A program made the translations under genes and the position numbers. The notes beneath the pieces were generated by a model. The model searched no databases. It had not been told where the DNA came from and saw only the letters and a list, made by a program, of their open reading frames with translations. From Ranitomeya imitator (taxonomy: Eukaryota): a stretch of DNA of 64,000 bases. The stretch spans positions 7,192,001 through 7,256,000 of the forward strand of contig NC_091289.1 in NCBI RefSeq assembly GCF_032444005.1, given 5' to 3'. Below, in pieces: positions 37,482 through 50,290 of the stretch (position 1 is the stretch's first letter; every line of letters starts with the position of its first letter).

Positions 37482-37993
37482 CTGAGTTGAACAAGAGGCG
37501 ACATCACCCATAAGATAAAAGTGAGGTGAGAGTGGATTATCTCCTCCAGAGCATGGAGTATTCAGACCTATAGCACAGCATACATTTCCTGCACATCAGC
37601 ACAGAGGAGCCTGTAGCCATGAGGGTTGTCAGCAGTTATTTTTACCTCTTCTTGCAGAGCTTTATACATTCACCAGGAGCAGCGCTCACCTACAATTTTA
37701 CTGTTTTAAGAATTTCACTTTGTGACTGCTGCAAATCTGGGAACTGGCGTGATGTTAGCAGCATGAGGCCGGTCATCACTGCAGCACTGGCTTCTATTTG
37801 TAGGAAAGGGTTATTCCCAAAATCACAGTTTTCACAAAGCAGAATAAATGCGCAGCGACTGTTCATAGACAGACTAAGCCCAACATAAAGTGTCTGTCTT
37901 ATCTGCTCAAACTATATTTCCCAGTAACACCTGCTTCTCCGGAGTGCTGCAGACCCCGTCCCCCAACTCTGAGTTATCATCAAAATAATCTAA

Positions 37994-38698
37994 AGGTACC
38001 GTCACACTAAGCGACGCTGCAGCGATACCGACAACGATCCGGATCGCTGCAGCGTCGCTGTTTGGTCGCTGGAGAGCTGTCACACAGACAGCTCTCCAGC
38101 GACCAACGATGCCGGTAACCAGGGTAAACATCGGGTTACTAAGCGCAGGGCCGCGCTTAGTAACCCGATGTTTACCCTGGTTACCATGCTAAAAGTAAAA
38201 AAAACAAACACTACATACTTACCTTCCGCTGTCTGTCCTCGACGCTCTGCTTCTCTGGTCTGGCTGTGAGCACAGCGGCCGGAAAGCAGAGCGGTGACGT
38301 CATCGCTGTGCTTTCCGGCTGCCCGCCGCTCACAGCCAGAGCAGAGAAGCACAGCGCCGGGGACAGACAGCGGAAGGTAAGTATGTAGTGTTTGTTTTTT
38401 TTACTTTAACGATGGTAACCAGGGTAAACATCGGGTTACTAAGCGCGGCCCTGCGCTTAGTTACCCGATGTTTACCCTGGTTACCAGCGAAGACATCGCT
38501 GAATCGGCGTCACACACGCCGATTCAGCGATGTCAGCGGGAGATCCAGCGACAAAATAAAGTCCTGGCCTTTCTGCCCCGACCAGCGATATCACAGCAGG
38601 GGCCTGATCGCTGCTGTGTGTCACACTGGACGATATCGCTAGCGAGGACGCTGCAACGTCACGGATCGCTAGCGATATCGTCCAGTGTGACGGTACCT
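37994..38698. mobile_element. Palindromic Harbinger-type MITE (SUMF1 intron 4)
   Basis: TIR aggtaccgtcacact / agtgtgacggtacct; TAA TSD at 37991-93 and 38699-701; two about 72-nt internal hairpins (ggtaaccagggtaaacatcgggttactaagcgc...). Confidence 0.88.
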
Positions 38699-39034
38699 TA
38701 AGTGTAGGATTCACCTTCTGCCTCTGCGCACTGCCTGCTCCTGCACATGACCCTGCCTGATTGATTCTACATCAGTATAGCCACTTGTGTGGTTTTACAT
38801 CATCATTAGCTGGTTCTAGCAGAGCACAATTCTTCTGCCATCTTCTACAATGGCAGTGTAGAGCTGTATTTGTTGATTGCTGTGCACAGGTCAGTGTTAC
38901 AAAACCACAAATGTTGCTCTGTTGATGCATATGACAGAAGATAATCCTCTGCAATAAGCATCAGTAGAAAGGCATTTGCAGTTTCACATCAATGTTGTCT
39001 CAGGCCACTAGCACAGCTCAACTAGTCTTAGCCC

Positions 39035-41135
39035 CCGTATATACAACCCATCCTGTAGTATATAGCTTTCTGTCCTATGTATGTACACCCCATCCTGCAG
39101 TATTTCTCTCCTTTCTATCCCCTGTGTGTGCAGCAAATCTTACACTATAATTCTTGTTTCTATCACCTGTATACACAGCCATATTTTGCAGTATATACTC
39201 TCAGCTTCCTTTATACAGCCCATACTGTAGTATATTTCTCCTCAGTCTCATGTATACAGCCCCACCCTGCAGTACATATCTCCTCTCAACCACCTGTATA
39301 AAGCCCTATCCTGCAGTACATCTCTCCTCTCAGCCGCAGGTATACAGCCCCATCCTGCAGAACATCTCTCCTCTCGGCCGCATGTATACAGCCCCATCCT
39401 GCAGTACATCTCTCCTCTCAGCTGCCTGTATATAGCCCTATCCTGCAGTACATCTCTCCTCTCGGCCGCCTGTATACAGCCCTATCCTGCAGTACATCTC
39501 TCCTCTCGGCCGCCTGTATACAGCCCCATCCTGCAGTACATCTCTCTTCTCGGCCGCCTGTATACAGCCCCATCCTGCAGTACATCTCTCCTCTCGGCCG
39601 CCTGTATACAGCCCAATCCTGCAGTACATCTCTCCTCTCAGCCACCTGCATACAGCCCCATCCTGCAGTACATCTCTCCTCTCAGCTGCCTGTATATAGC
39701 CCTATCCTGCAGTACATCTCTCCTCTCGGCCGCCTGTATACAGCCCCATCCTGCAGTACATCTCTCCTCTCGGCCGCCTGCATACAGCCCCATCCTGCAG
39801 TACATCTCTCCTCTCGGCCGCCTGTATACTGCCCTATCCTGCAGTACATCTATCCTCTCGGCCGCCTGTATACAGCCCCATCCTGCAGTACATCTCTCCT
39901 CTCGGCCGCCTGTATACAGCCCAATCCTGCAGTACATCTCTCCTCTCAGCCGCCTGCTTACAGCCCCATCCTGCAGTACATCTCTCCTCTCGGCTGCCTG
40001 TATATAGCCCTATCCTGCAGTACATCTCTCCTCTCGGCCGCCTGTATACAGCCCCATCCTGCAATACATCTCTCCTCTCAGCCACCTGTATACAGCCCTA
40101 TCCTGCAGTACATCTGACCTCTCAGCCGCCAGTATATAGCCCTATCCTGCAATACATCTCTCCTCTCAGCCGCCTGTATACAGCCCAATGCTGCAGTACA
40201 TCTCTCCTCTCAGCCGCCTGTATATAGCCCTATCCTGCAGTACATCTCTCCTCTCAGCCGCCTGTATATAGCCCTATCCTGCAATACATCTCCCCTCTCA
40301 GCCACCTGTATATAGCCCTATCCTGCAGTACATCTGTCCTCTCAGCCACCTGTATATAGCCCTATTCTGCAGTACATCTGTCCTCTCAGCCACCTGTATA
40401 CAGCCCTATCCTGCAGTACATCTCTCCTCTCAGCCGCCTGTATATAGCCCTATCCTGCAATACATCTCCCCTCTCAGCCACCTGTATATAGCCCCATCCT
40501 GCAATACATCTCCTCTCAGCCGCCTGTATATAGCCCCATCCTGCAGTACATCTCTCCTCTCAGCTGCCTGTATATAGCCCCATCCTGCAGTACATCTCTC
40601 CTCTCAGCCGCCTGTATATAGCCCTATCCTGCAATACATCTCCCCGCTCAGCCACCTGTATATAGCCCTATCCTGCAGTACATCTGTCCTCAGCCACCTG
40701 TATATAGCCTTATCCTGCAGTACATCTGTCCTCTCAGCCACCTGTATACAGCCCTATCCTGCAGTACATCTCCCCTCTCAGCCGCCTGCATATAGCCCCA
40801 TCCTGCAGTACATCTGTCCTCTCAGCTGCCTGTATATAGCCCCATCCTGCAGTACATCTCTCTTCTTAGCCGCCTGTATATAGCCCCATCTTGCAGTACA
40901 TCTCCCCTCTCAGCCACCTGTATATAGCCCCATCCTGCAGTACATCTCTCCTCTCAGCCACCTGTATATAGCCATATCCTGCAGTACATCCCTTCTCTCA
41001 GCCACCTGTATATAGCCCTATCCTGCAATACATCCCTCCTCTCAGCCACCTGTATATAGCCCTATCCTGCAGTACATCCCTCCTCTCAGCCACCTGTATA
41101 TAGCCCTTTCCTGCAGTACATCTCTCCTCTTGGCC
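39035..41135. repeat. 44-bp minisatellite (about 42 clear copies from 39290, degenerate lead-in from about 39035)
   Basis: Unit ctgtatacagccccatcctgcagtacatctctcctctcggccgc; 44-aa periodicity. Confidence 0.95.
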
Positions 41136-41850
41136 ACCTGTAATATTATAGGAGCACATTGCGATTTTGAGAATAACCCTTTAAAGTGGATACAATGTTT
41201 CACAATGGATACAATGTATGCATCAACTTATGTGACTACCAGCAGGAGTGCAGCAAAACATGCCCTAAATCAGCAGATATTGCGGGGGGGGGGGGATATG
41301 TTCATTTTCGCACCTTTGTAATAAAAACAGAAGACCGGCTCCTACAGATATAATTTTGCACTGGATCCAGCACCGTGCTAAACATTGGTTGAGAAAAAAA
41401 AATACCCTGGTCTAGAGTCCACATTGGTCATCTGTGGCCACCGGACCAGCGTCCTGTGCTCCTCATCCTACCGTCGCCTGTCATCAACTGAGCGTATTAA
41501 TCAGAGGTGTTGGGGATGGCAGCGGCGGCAGGTAGGACGAGGTTTGCAGGGCTGTGGGCCGACAGCAAATGACTACTGATGTGGCCACTGCTCTGGGGTC
41601 TTTTTCTGCACTCTGACGACATGGACTACTGATGTGGCCACTGGTCCGGGGTCCTGCGAGCCATTTTGCTCAGGTCTAACCACTTAATTCGGTCCTCATC
41701 TTGCTACATCATGTTTTATGCTTCAATCACAAATTTTCAGATTTCCACTCTGGTAATGGCTTGAACCAGGACCCCGCAGAATTCTGAGTGCAGCTTTGGA
41801 TGTGACTGGAGAACGTTTAGTTACACACGCAGATGTCAGCTGTCGGATAC

Positions 41851-41933
41851 CTTTCCTGGATATCGGAGTCGGGTCCTTCCGGATGCCTCCAATCTGCTCC
41901 TTTCACCGGGAGCCACCAGGGAGCAGCTGCAAC
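41851..41933 (-). CDS. SUMF1: SUMF1 exon 4
   Basis: CCCAG|[27 protein letters not shown](R)|GTATCC; 83 nt. Confidence 0.96.
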
Positions 41934-43205
41934 CTGGGCAAAGGACGACACTAAGATGAGCACAAAGCCGTGTCGCCGCACATCCCATCACATCATCAGT
42001 CAGACGCCGCTCATCCCAGGCGTGAACGGGGCGCGCGTCACAAGCATTCTCCGTCTAGATGTGGAGCTGCACAGCGGCGCCCGCAGCGATCACTGTCCGT
42101 TCCATGTAAGGTGGGGGCGGCCATACAATAAGTCGCATTATAGACACCGGTCACGTGACGCTGAAATCTGCTCCAGATTTTAACACTTGACTGGCGCCAC
42201 ATTCTAGAGCAGAATTAACCCCTGCAGTGCTGCCTGGGGTACGCAGAGAGCGGCGCTCCACGTCCCGGCAGGAGATCAGGATTATAATTGCGTTTCATCT
42301 AATTAGCACAAATGATAATTAGTTTAGAGATGTTCGGGTCCCCTGTGAGCACGGCTGCTAATCCGAGCCGGAGCGAAGCGTGGCCGGCCACGATCACAAT
42401 GGAGGACGGAATCCTTCACCAGAAGAGCTGGGCAACGGCTCGGCTGTGGAACTAAAGATCCCAGCAATCTGTTCTCAGCCAGTGCTGTATGTAGTGCAAT
42501 GCTCGGTTCTACATGTTCAAAAGTGGCGTAAATTATAACAAAATGAGCTTTAGTCCCCGGTTGGAGAACCGGTGGAGATTCCACGGAAGCAGAACAACGC
42601 GGCACATTCATTATTCGGTGCACACGTCCGGTGAAGGTGCGTCATACTCCGGCGCAAACTTCATCAAGGCGAACGTAAAAAAAAACTTCAGTCATGAAGA
42701 ATCGGGGGCGAAGCGCTAATTAGAGACCTCCATATGCGCGTGGCAGTCACCAAACACGAAGATGGCGCCACTGATTACTCGCTGGCAGCGGGCGACTCCT
42801 CGTGGTGCGAAATGTTTCTTACAGGAAATCTGTTTATGCTTACTAGCTACAATGTATATAACATAAATAAATAATCATCAACTATTGCCTGAAAAACCGC
42901 ACTGCAGCTCCCATATCTAACACTATGTTGTCATGGCTACAGACTACAAACCCTTCGTAGTCTGATCCTGGAGTCTTGTTAATCTACACAGAGTAGAAGA
43001 AAGTATCAAAAAAAGGGGGAAAGAAGCAACACAGAATTGTACACAAAGTTTATTCTATAGTCTGTAACCATGGAGACCCATAGCTCTGCATAGGAGCTGC
43101 ATATGCAAAATGGAAGGAGATTTCTAATCAATACTTTTTGCCAAATTGCATCATTTTCCATTTCAGAAGCATCAGGGCAATATCAACTGGACGTGCCCTC
43201 TAAAT

Positions 43206-43366
43206 CAGGGGTCCCCAACTCCAGGTTTTCAGGATTTCCTTAGTATTGCACAGGGGTTGGAATCATCACCTGTGCAGATGATCACATTACCACCGATGCA
43301 ATACTAAAGAAATCCTGAAAACCTGCACTGTTGGCGGCCCTCGAGGGCTGGAGTTGGGGACCACTG
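43206..43366. mobile_element. hAT (Charlie-like) MITE, 161 bp
   Basis: TIR caggggtccccaactcc / ggagttggggaccactg; perfect 8-bp TSD ctctaaat at 43198-205 and 43367-374. Confidence 0.92.
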
Positions 43367-43411
43367 CTCTAAATACACACATGCAGCGCATCAGTCATGG
43401 ATCGCACTCAC

Positions 43412-43486
43412 CGCCTTGTCAATGCCACTTTTTACATCTTCACTTATAAAACCTTCAAATACAAACGAGTCCCCGAATGTCTCAGC
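43412..43486 (-). CDS. SUMF1: SUMF1 exon 3
   Basis: AETFGDSFVFEGFISEDVKSGIDKA|GTGAGT; 75 nt. Confidence 0.96.
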
Positions 43487-43752
43487 CTGGAAATACAGAT
43501 GGGAAGACGTGACAATCAGCAGCATGGAAAAACAACACGGTGGCCAACAGTGGAAAAACGCAACAGCCATCCTGTCCCCCTCATGCAAATCGTGACGAGT
43601 GCAAGGTTACTGGCCCTTTAAGAGCATAATAACAATGTAACAGGATTAGAGTCCTGATGAGAATATGTAGGAAATACGGGCTGCAGATAATGAGGGTAGT
43701 AGTACCTCACAGGTGTGCTGCAGTATCAGGACGCACGGTCCGCAGTTCTCAC

Positions 43753-43926
43753 CTCGGTCACGTAATCAGTTGCTGCCACAAACTTTTCAAACTCCGAGTT
43801 GCTGACTTCATATTTGTCCATGTAGAAGGAGTCAATATGGACTCTGCGGGCCGGACTCTCACCATCCGGGGGGATCGCGGGCTCATCCGTTCCCATAGTA
43901 AATACCCCCGAGGGCAGCAGGACCAT
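43753..43926 (-). CDS. SUMF1: SUMF1 exon 2
   Basis: [58 protein letters not shown]|GTGAGA; 174 nt. Confidence 0.96.
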
Positions 43927-44334
43927 CTGTGGGGAGGAAAGTGTTAATTACCAGGATTCTGTATGACTGACACGGCTGCTTCTGTCACCAAAATTCTCCA
44001 CTAAACCAGGAGGATCAGAACCAATATGTTCCCCTTCTGAAGAGTCCGAAAAGAAATTCCCTGCTGCTCCGAGACCCCCAAACTTTCTAGTCAAATCCCT
44101 CACCTGCCCCCTCCACCATCTCCAGGTCCCTCTCCTGTCCCATCCTTCACACCCAGCTCCATCTCCTGCCTCACAGGTCCCTCCGCCACCCCAACTCCCT
44201 CTCCTGCCCCCATCACCCCCCAACTCTTTCTCCTGCCCTGCCACCAGCTCCTTATCATATCCCCCAGCTCCTTTCTGAACCCCATCCGCCGCCCACCTCC
44301 ATCTTCCTGCCCCCACACGCTCAGCTCCCTAACC

Positions 44335-45200
44335 TGATCCTTGCAAAGCCCCCCAACTCCCTCTCCTGCACCGCTCCCTAGCCCACCCAGCACCTTCCTT
44401 CCACCCCCAGCACCCTCTCCTGCCCCTGCACCCCCAGCACCTTCCTGCCACCCCCAGCACCCTCTCCTGCCCCTGCACCCCCAGCACCTTCCTGCCACCC
44501 CCAGCACCCTCTCCTGCCCCTGCACCCTCTCTTGCCCCTGCACCCCCAGCACCTTCCTGCCACCCCCAGCACCCTCTCCTGCCCCCCAACTCCCTCTCCT
44601 GCACCGCTCCCCAGCCCACCCAGCACCTTCCTTCCACCCCCAGCACCCTCTCCTGCCCCTGCACCCCCAGCACCTTCCTGCCACCCCCAGCACCCTCTCC
44701 TGCCCCTGCACCCCCAGCACCTTCCTGCCACCCCCAGCACCTTCTCCTGCCCCTGCACCCCCAGCACCTTCCTGCCCCCCCCCAGCACCCTCTCCTGCCC
44801 CCCCCAGCACCCTCTCCTGCCCCCCCCCCAGCACCCTCTCCTGCCCCTGCACCCCCCTGCCCCCCCCCAGCACCCTCTCCTGCCCCCCCCCAGCACCCTC
44901 TCCTGCCCCCCCCCCCCAGCACCCTCTCCTGCCCCTGCACCCCCAGCACCTTCCTGCCACCCCCAACTCCCTCTCCTGCCCCTGCACCCTCTCCTGCCCC
45001 CCCCAGCACCCTCTCCTGCCCCCCCCAGCACCCTCTCCTGCCCCTGCACCCCCAACTCCCTCTCCTGCCCCTGCACCCCCAGCACCTTCCTGCCCCCCCA
45101 GCACCCTCTCCTGCCCCTGCACCCCCAGCACCTTCCTGCCACCCCCAGTTCCCTTTCCTGACCCCCAACTCCCTCTCCTGCCCCGACCCCCCAGCTCCTT
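44335..45200. repeat. C-rich (G-rich on the SUMF1 sense strand) minisatellite in SUMF1 intron 1
   Basis: Units such as cccccagcaccctctcctgcccctgca and cccccagcaccttcctgcca. Confidence 0.93.
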
Positions 45201-45272
45201 CCCCTGCTCCGCCTCTTGCCCCCGGGTCCCTCTCCTGCCCCAGTCCCCCAGCTCCCCCTTCTCCTCCGGTAC

Positions 45273-45473
45273 CTTGTCCCGGTGCTCGGCTTCGGTCCCC
45301 GCTGCTGGCGGCTCATTGGCTCCCCGCGAGTACCTGTAGGCCGCCCCCTGCTGGTGCCCGTGCGCACTGCCCGCTCTCTGCGCAGAGTTACAGCCGCAGT
45401 CTCCGAGCAGCGGGACCGGGCAGAGCAGCACCGAGCACAGCAGCGCCCAGAGCCCGGGGTTCAGCGCCGCCAT
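45273..45473 (-). CDS. SUMF1: SUMF1 exon 1 coding part (signal peptide, CGC motif, RYSR site)
   Basis: MAALNPGLWALLCSVLLCPVPLLGDCGCNSAQRAG...AAYRYSRGANEPP...EHRDK|GTACCG; Kozak gccATGG. Confidence 0.94.
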
Positions 45474-45620
45474 GGCCGGTCATGTGACTGCAGTCAGGTG
45501 ACCTGTGGTACCGGCTGCGCTACATCCGGAGCTGGAGACATCGTACAGGCGGGTACCGGGGCGCAGTGCTGGACGTCACGCGTCTGAGCTGCTGCAGAAC
45601 TTCTTTAGTCCAGACTTCTG
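45474..45620 (-). promoter_or_regulatory. SUMF1 CpG-island 5'UTR/promoter with CLEAR-like E-boxes
   Basis: GTCATGTGAC at 45479-88, GTCAGGTGAC at 45493-502, GACGTCAC near 45572. Confidence 0.55.
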
Positions 45621-45857
45621 TTTTTCCAGTGCTGCTCGCCATTCACATAAAGTCAGTATCAGATTGTGCCGGCAGATCAGAGGAACATGCCGAGATGGCC
45701 GGCAGATCCCCCACAGGTCACATTTTGTTCTGCCATTGGTCGTCCCAGGGATCCAGTGGATCCCACCGCTGCCATTATCCCCACAGTGTAACTACAACAC
45801 CACTAATATAACAAGAGGTTTCCCCACATTCAGCAGAAATTGCCCCTTTTGCAGTCG

Positions 45858-48010
45858 GCTTGGATCATTCAGCCCCAATGACCAGTGTCTATCACTTAGT
45901 GCAGCCCCCCGTGACCAGTGTCTATCACTTAGTGTAGCCCCCCGTGACCAGTGTCTATCACTTAGTGCAGCCCCCCATGACCAGTGTCTATCACTTAGTG
46001 CAGCCCCCCGTGACCAGTGTCTATCACTTAGTGTAGCCCCCCGTGACCAGTGTCTATCACTTAGTGCAGCCCCCCGTGACCAGTGTCTATCACTTAGTGC
46101 TGCCCCCCCATGACCAGTGTCTATCACTTAGTGTAGCCCCCCATGACCAGTGTCTATCACTTAGTGTAGCCCCCCGTGACCAGTGTCTATCACTTAGTGT
46201 AGCCCCCCATGACCAGTGTCTATCACTTAGTGTAGCCCCCCATGATCAGTGTCTATCACTTAGTGCAGCCCCCCATGACCAGTGTCTATCACTTAGTGCA
46301 GCCCCCCATGATCAGTGTCTATCACTTAGTGTAGCCCCCCATGACCAGTGTCTATCACTTAGTGTAGCCCCCCATGACCAGTGTCTATCACTTAGTGTAG
46401 CCCCCCATGATCAGTGTCTATCACTTAGTGCAGCCCCCCATGACCAGTGTCTATCACTTAGTGTAGCCCCCCATGACCAGTGTCTATCACTTAGTGTAGC
46501 CCCCCATGACCAGTGTCTATCACTTAGTGTAGCCCCCCATGACCAGTGTCTATCACTTAGTGCAGCCCCCATGACCAGTGTCTATCACTTAGTGCAGCCC
46601 CCCATGACCAGTGTCTATCACTTAGTGCAGCCCCCCATGACCAGTGTCTATCACTTAGTGTAGCCCCCCATGACCAGTGTCTATCACTTAGTGTAGCCCC
46701 CCATGATCAGTGTCTATCACTTACTGTAGCCCCTCATGACCAGTGTCTATCACTTAGTGTAGCCCCCCATGACCAGTGTCTATCACTTAGTGCAGCCCCC
46801 CATGACCAGTGTCTATCACTTAGTGTAGCCCCCCATGACCAGTGTCTATCACTTAGTGCAGCCCCCCATGACCAGTGTCTATCACTTAGTGCAGCCCCCC
46901 ATGACCAGTGTCTATCACTTAGTGCAGACCCCCATGATCAGTGTCTATCACTTAGTGCAGCCCCCCATGACCAGTGTCTATCACTTAGTGCAGCCCCCCA
47001 TGATCAGTGTCTGTCACTTAGTGCAGCCCCCCATGACCAGTGTCTATCACTTAGTGCAGCCCCCCATGACCAGTGTCTATCACTTAGTGCAGCCCCCCGT
47101 GACCAGTGTCTATCACTTAGTGTAGCCCCCCGTGACCAGTGTCTATCACTTAGTGCAGCCCCCCATGACCAGTGTCTATCACTTAGTGCAGCCCCCCATG
47201 ACCAGTGTCTATCACTTAGTGCAGCCCCCCATGACCAGTGTCTATCACTTAGTGCTGCCCCCCCCATGACCAGTGTCTATCACTTAGTGCAGCCCCCCAT
47301 GACCAGTGTCTATCACTTAGTGTAGCCCCCCATGACCAGTGTCTATCACTTAGTGTAGCCCCCCCATGACCAGTGTCTATCACTTAGTGCAGCCCCCATG
47401 ACCAGTGTCTATCACTTAGTGTAGCCCCCCATGACCAGTGTCTATCACTTAGTGCAGCCCCCCATGGCCAGTGTCTATCACTTAGTGTAGCCCCCCATGA
47501 CCAGTGTCTATCACTTAGTGCAGCCCCCCATGACCAGTGTCTATCACTTAGTGCAGCCCCCCATGACCAGTGTCTATCACTTAGTGCAGCCCCCCATGAC
47601 CAGTGTCTATCACTTAGTGCAGCCCCCCATGACCAGTGTCTATCACTTAGTGCAGCCCCCCATGGCCAGTGTCTATCACTTAGTGTAGCCCCCCATGACC
47701 AGTGTCTATCACTTAGTGCAGCCCCCCATGACCAGTGTCTATCACTTAGTGTAGCCCCCCATGACCAGTGTCTATCACTTAGTGCAGCCCCCCATGACCA
47801 GTGTCTATCACTTAGTGCTGCCCCCCCCATGACCAGTGTCTATCACTTAGTGCAGCCCCCCATGACCAGTGTCTATCACTTAGTGTAGCCCCCCATGACC
47901 AGTGTCTATCACTTAGTGTAGCCCCCCATGACCAGTGTCTATCACTTAGTGTAGCCCCCCATGACCAGTGTCTATCACTTAGTGCAGCCCCCCATGACCA
48001 GTGTCTATCA
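45858..48010. repeat. 33-bp minisatellite, about 65 copies
   Basis: Unit tgaccagtgtctatcacttagtgcagcccccca; 11-aa periodicity (MTSVYHLVQPP). Confidence 0.97.
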
Positions 48011-50197
48011 CTGACGGGATCGTCTCTGATGTCTGATGATGGGATCGTCTCTGATGTCTGATGAAGGATTGTCTCTATAATGAAGGGATCGTCCCTGATT
48101 TCTGATGATGGGATCGTCTCTGATGTCTGATGATGGGATCGTCCCTGATGTCTCATGATGGGATCGTCTCTGATGACTGGATCGTCCCTGATGTCTGATG
48201 ATTGGATCGTCTCTGATGTCTGATGATGGAATCGGCTCTGATTTCTGATGAAGCATTGTCTCTGATGAAGGGATCGGCCCTGATGTCTGATGACTGGATC
48301 GTCCCTGATTTCTGATGATGGGATCATCTCTGATGTCTGATGATGGGATCGTCCCTGATGTCTGACGATGGGATTGTCTCTGATTTCTGACGATGGGATC
48401 ATCTCTGATGTCTGATGATGGGATCGTCCCTGATGTCTGATGATGGGATTGTCTCTGATTTCTGACGATGGGATCATCTCTGATGTCTGACAATGGGATC
48501 ATCTCTGATGTGTGATGATGTGATTGTCTCTGATGTCTGATGATGTGATTGTCTCTGATGTCTGATGATGGGATCGTCTCTGATTTCTGATGACTGGATC
48601 GTCTCTGATGTCTGATGATGGGATTGTCTCTGATGTCTGATGATGGGATCGTCCCTGATGTCTGATGATGGGATCGTCTCTGATGTCTGATGATGGGATT
48701 GTCTCTGATGTCTGATGATGGGATCATCCCTGATGTCTGATGATTGGATCGTCTCTGATGTCTGATGATGGAATCGGCTCTGATTTCTGATGAAGCATTG
48801 TCTCTGATGAAGGGATCGGCCCTGATGTCTGATGACTGGATCGTCCCTGATTTCTGATGATGGGATCATCTCTGATGTCTGATGATGGGATCGTCCCTGA
48901 TGTCTGATGATGGGATTGTCTCTGATTTCTGATGATGGGATCATCTCTGATGTCTGATGATGGGATCGTCCCTGATGTCTGATGATGGGATTGTCTCTGA
49001 TTTCTGACGATGGGATCATCTCTGATGTCTGATGATGGGATCGTCCCTGATGTCTGATGATGGGATTGTCTCTGATTTCTGACGATGGGATCATCTCTGA
49101 TGTCTGATGATGGGATCGTCCCTGATGTCTGATGATGGGATTGTCTCTGATTTCTGACGATGGGATCATCTCTGATGTCTGATGATGGGATCGTCTCTGA
49201 TATCTCATGATGGGATCGTCCCTGATGTCTGACGATGGGATCATCTCTGATGTCTGATGATGGGATCGTCTCTGATATCTCATGATGGGATCGTCTCTGA
49301 TGTCTGACGATGGGATCATCTCTGATGTGTGATGATGTGATTGTCTCTGATGTCTGATGATGTGATTGTCTCTGATGTCTGATGATGGGATCGTCTCTGA
49401 TTTCTGATGATTGGATTGTCTCTGATGTCTGATGATGGGATTGTCTCTGATGTCTGATGATGGGATCGTCCCTGATGTCTGATGATGGGATCGTCTCTGA
49501 TGTATGATGATGGAATCGGCTCTGATTTCTGATGAAGCATTGTCTCTGATGAAGGGATCGGCCCTGATGTCTGATGACTGGATCGTCCCTGATTTCTGAT
49601 GACGGGATCATCTCTGATGTCTGATGATGGGATTGTCTCTGATTTCTGATGATGGGATCATCTCTGATGTCTGATGATGGGATCCTCCCTGATGTCTGAT
49701 GATGGGATCGTCCCTGATGTCTGATGATGGGATCGGCTCTGATTTCTGATGAAGGATTGTCTCTGATGAAGGGATCGGCCCTAATGTCTGATGACTGGAT
49801 CGTCCCTGATTTCTGATGATGGGATCATCTCTGATGTCTGATGATGGGATCGTCTCTGATTTCTGATGATTGGATCGTCTCTGATGATGGGATCGTCTCT
49901 GATGTCTGACGATGGGATCGTCTCTGATTTCTGATGATTGGATTGTCTCTGATGTCTGACGATGGGATCGTCTCTGATTTCTGATGATTGGATCGTCTCT
50001 GATGTCTGATGATTGGATCGTCTCTGATGTCTGATGATGGGATCGTCTCTGATTTCTGATGATTGGATTGTCTCTGATGATGGGATCGTCTCTGATGTCT
50101 GACGATGGGATCGTCTCTGATTTCTGATGATTGGATCGTCTCTGATGTCTGACGATGGGATCGTCTCTGATGTCTGATGATGGGATCGTCTCTGATG
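48011..50197. repeat. 25-bp GAT-rich minisatellite, about 87 copies, abutting the 33-bp array
   Basis: Unit tgatgatgggatcgtctctgatgtc and variants. Confidence 0.95.
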
Positions 50198-50290
50198 AAC
50201 ACCAGACTTTACATCCGGCAACTCTCTCTCCAACTGGGAACCAGCCACCTCTAGACCTTGGATCTGGTCACACACCTCAGTTATATTACA

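Noticed and set aside
43654-43690. CTGATGA...GAAA hammerhead-like core (another CTGATGA at about 60586)
   Set aside because: Stems II and III cannot form and there is no correctly placed cleavage triplet.
44100-45473. 457-aa ORF beginning with the SUMF1 N-terminus
   Set aside because: Only the first 67 codons are exon 1. The rest reads through the GT donor at 45272 into a G-rich intronic repeat.
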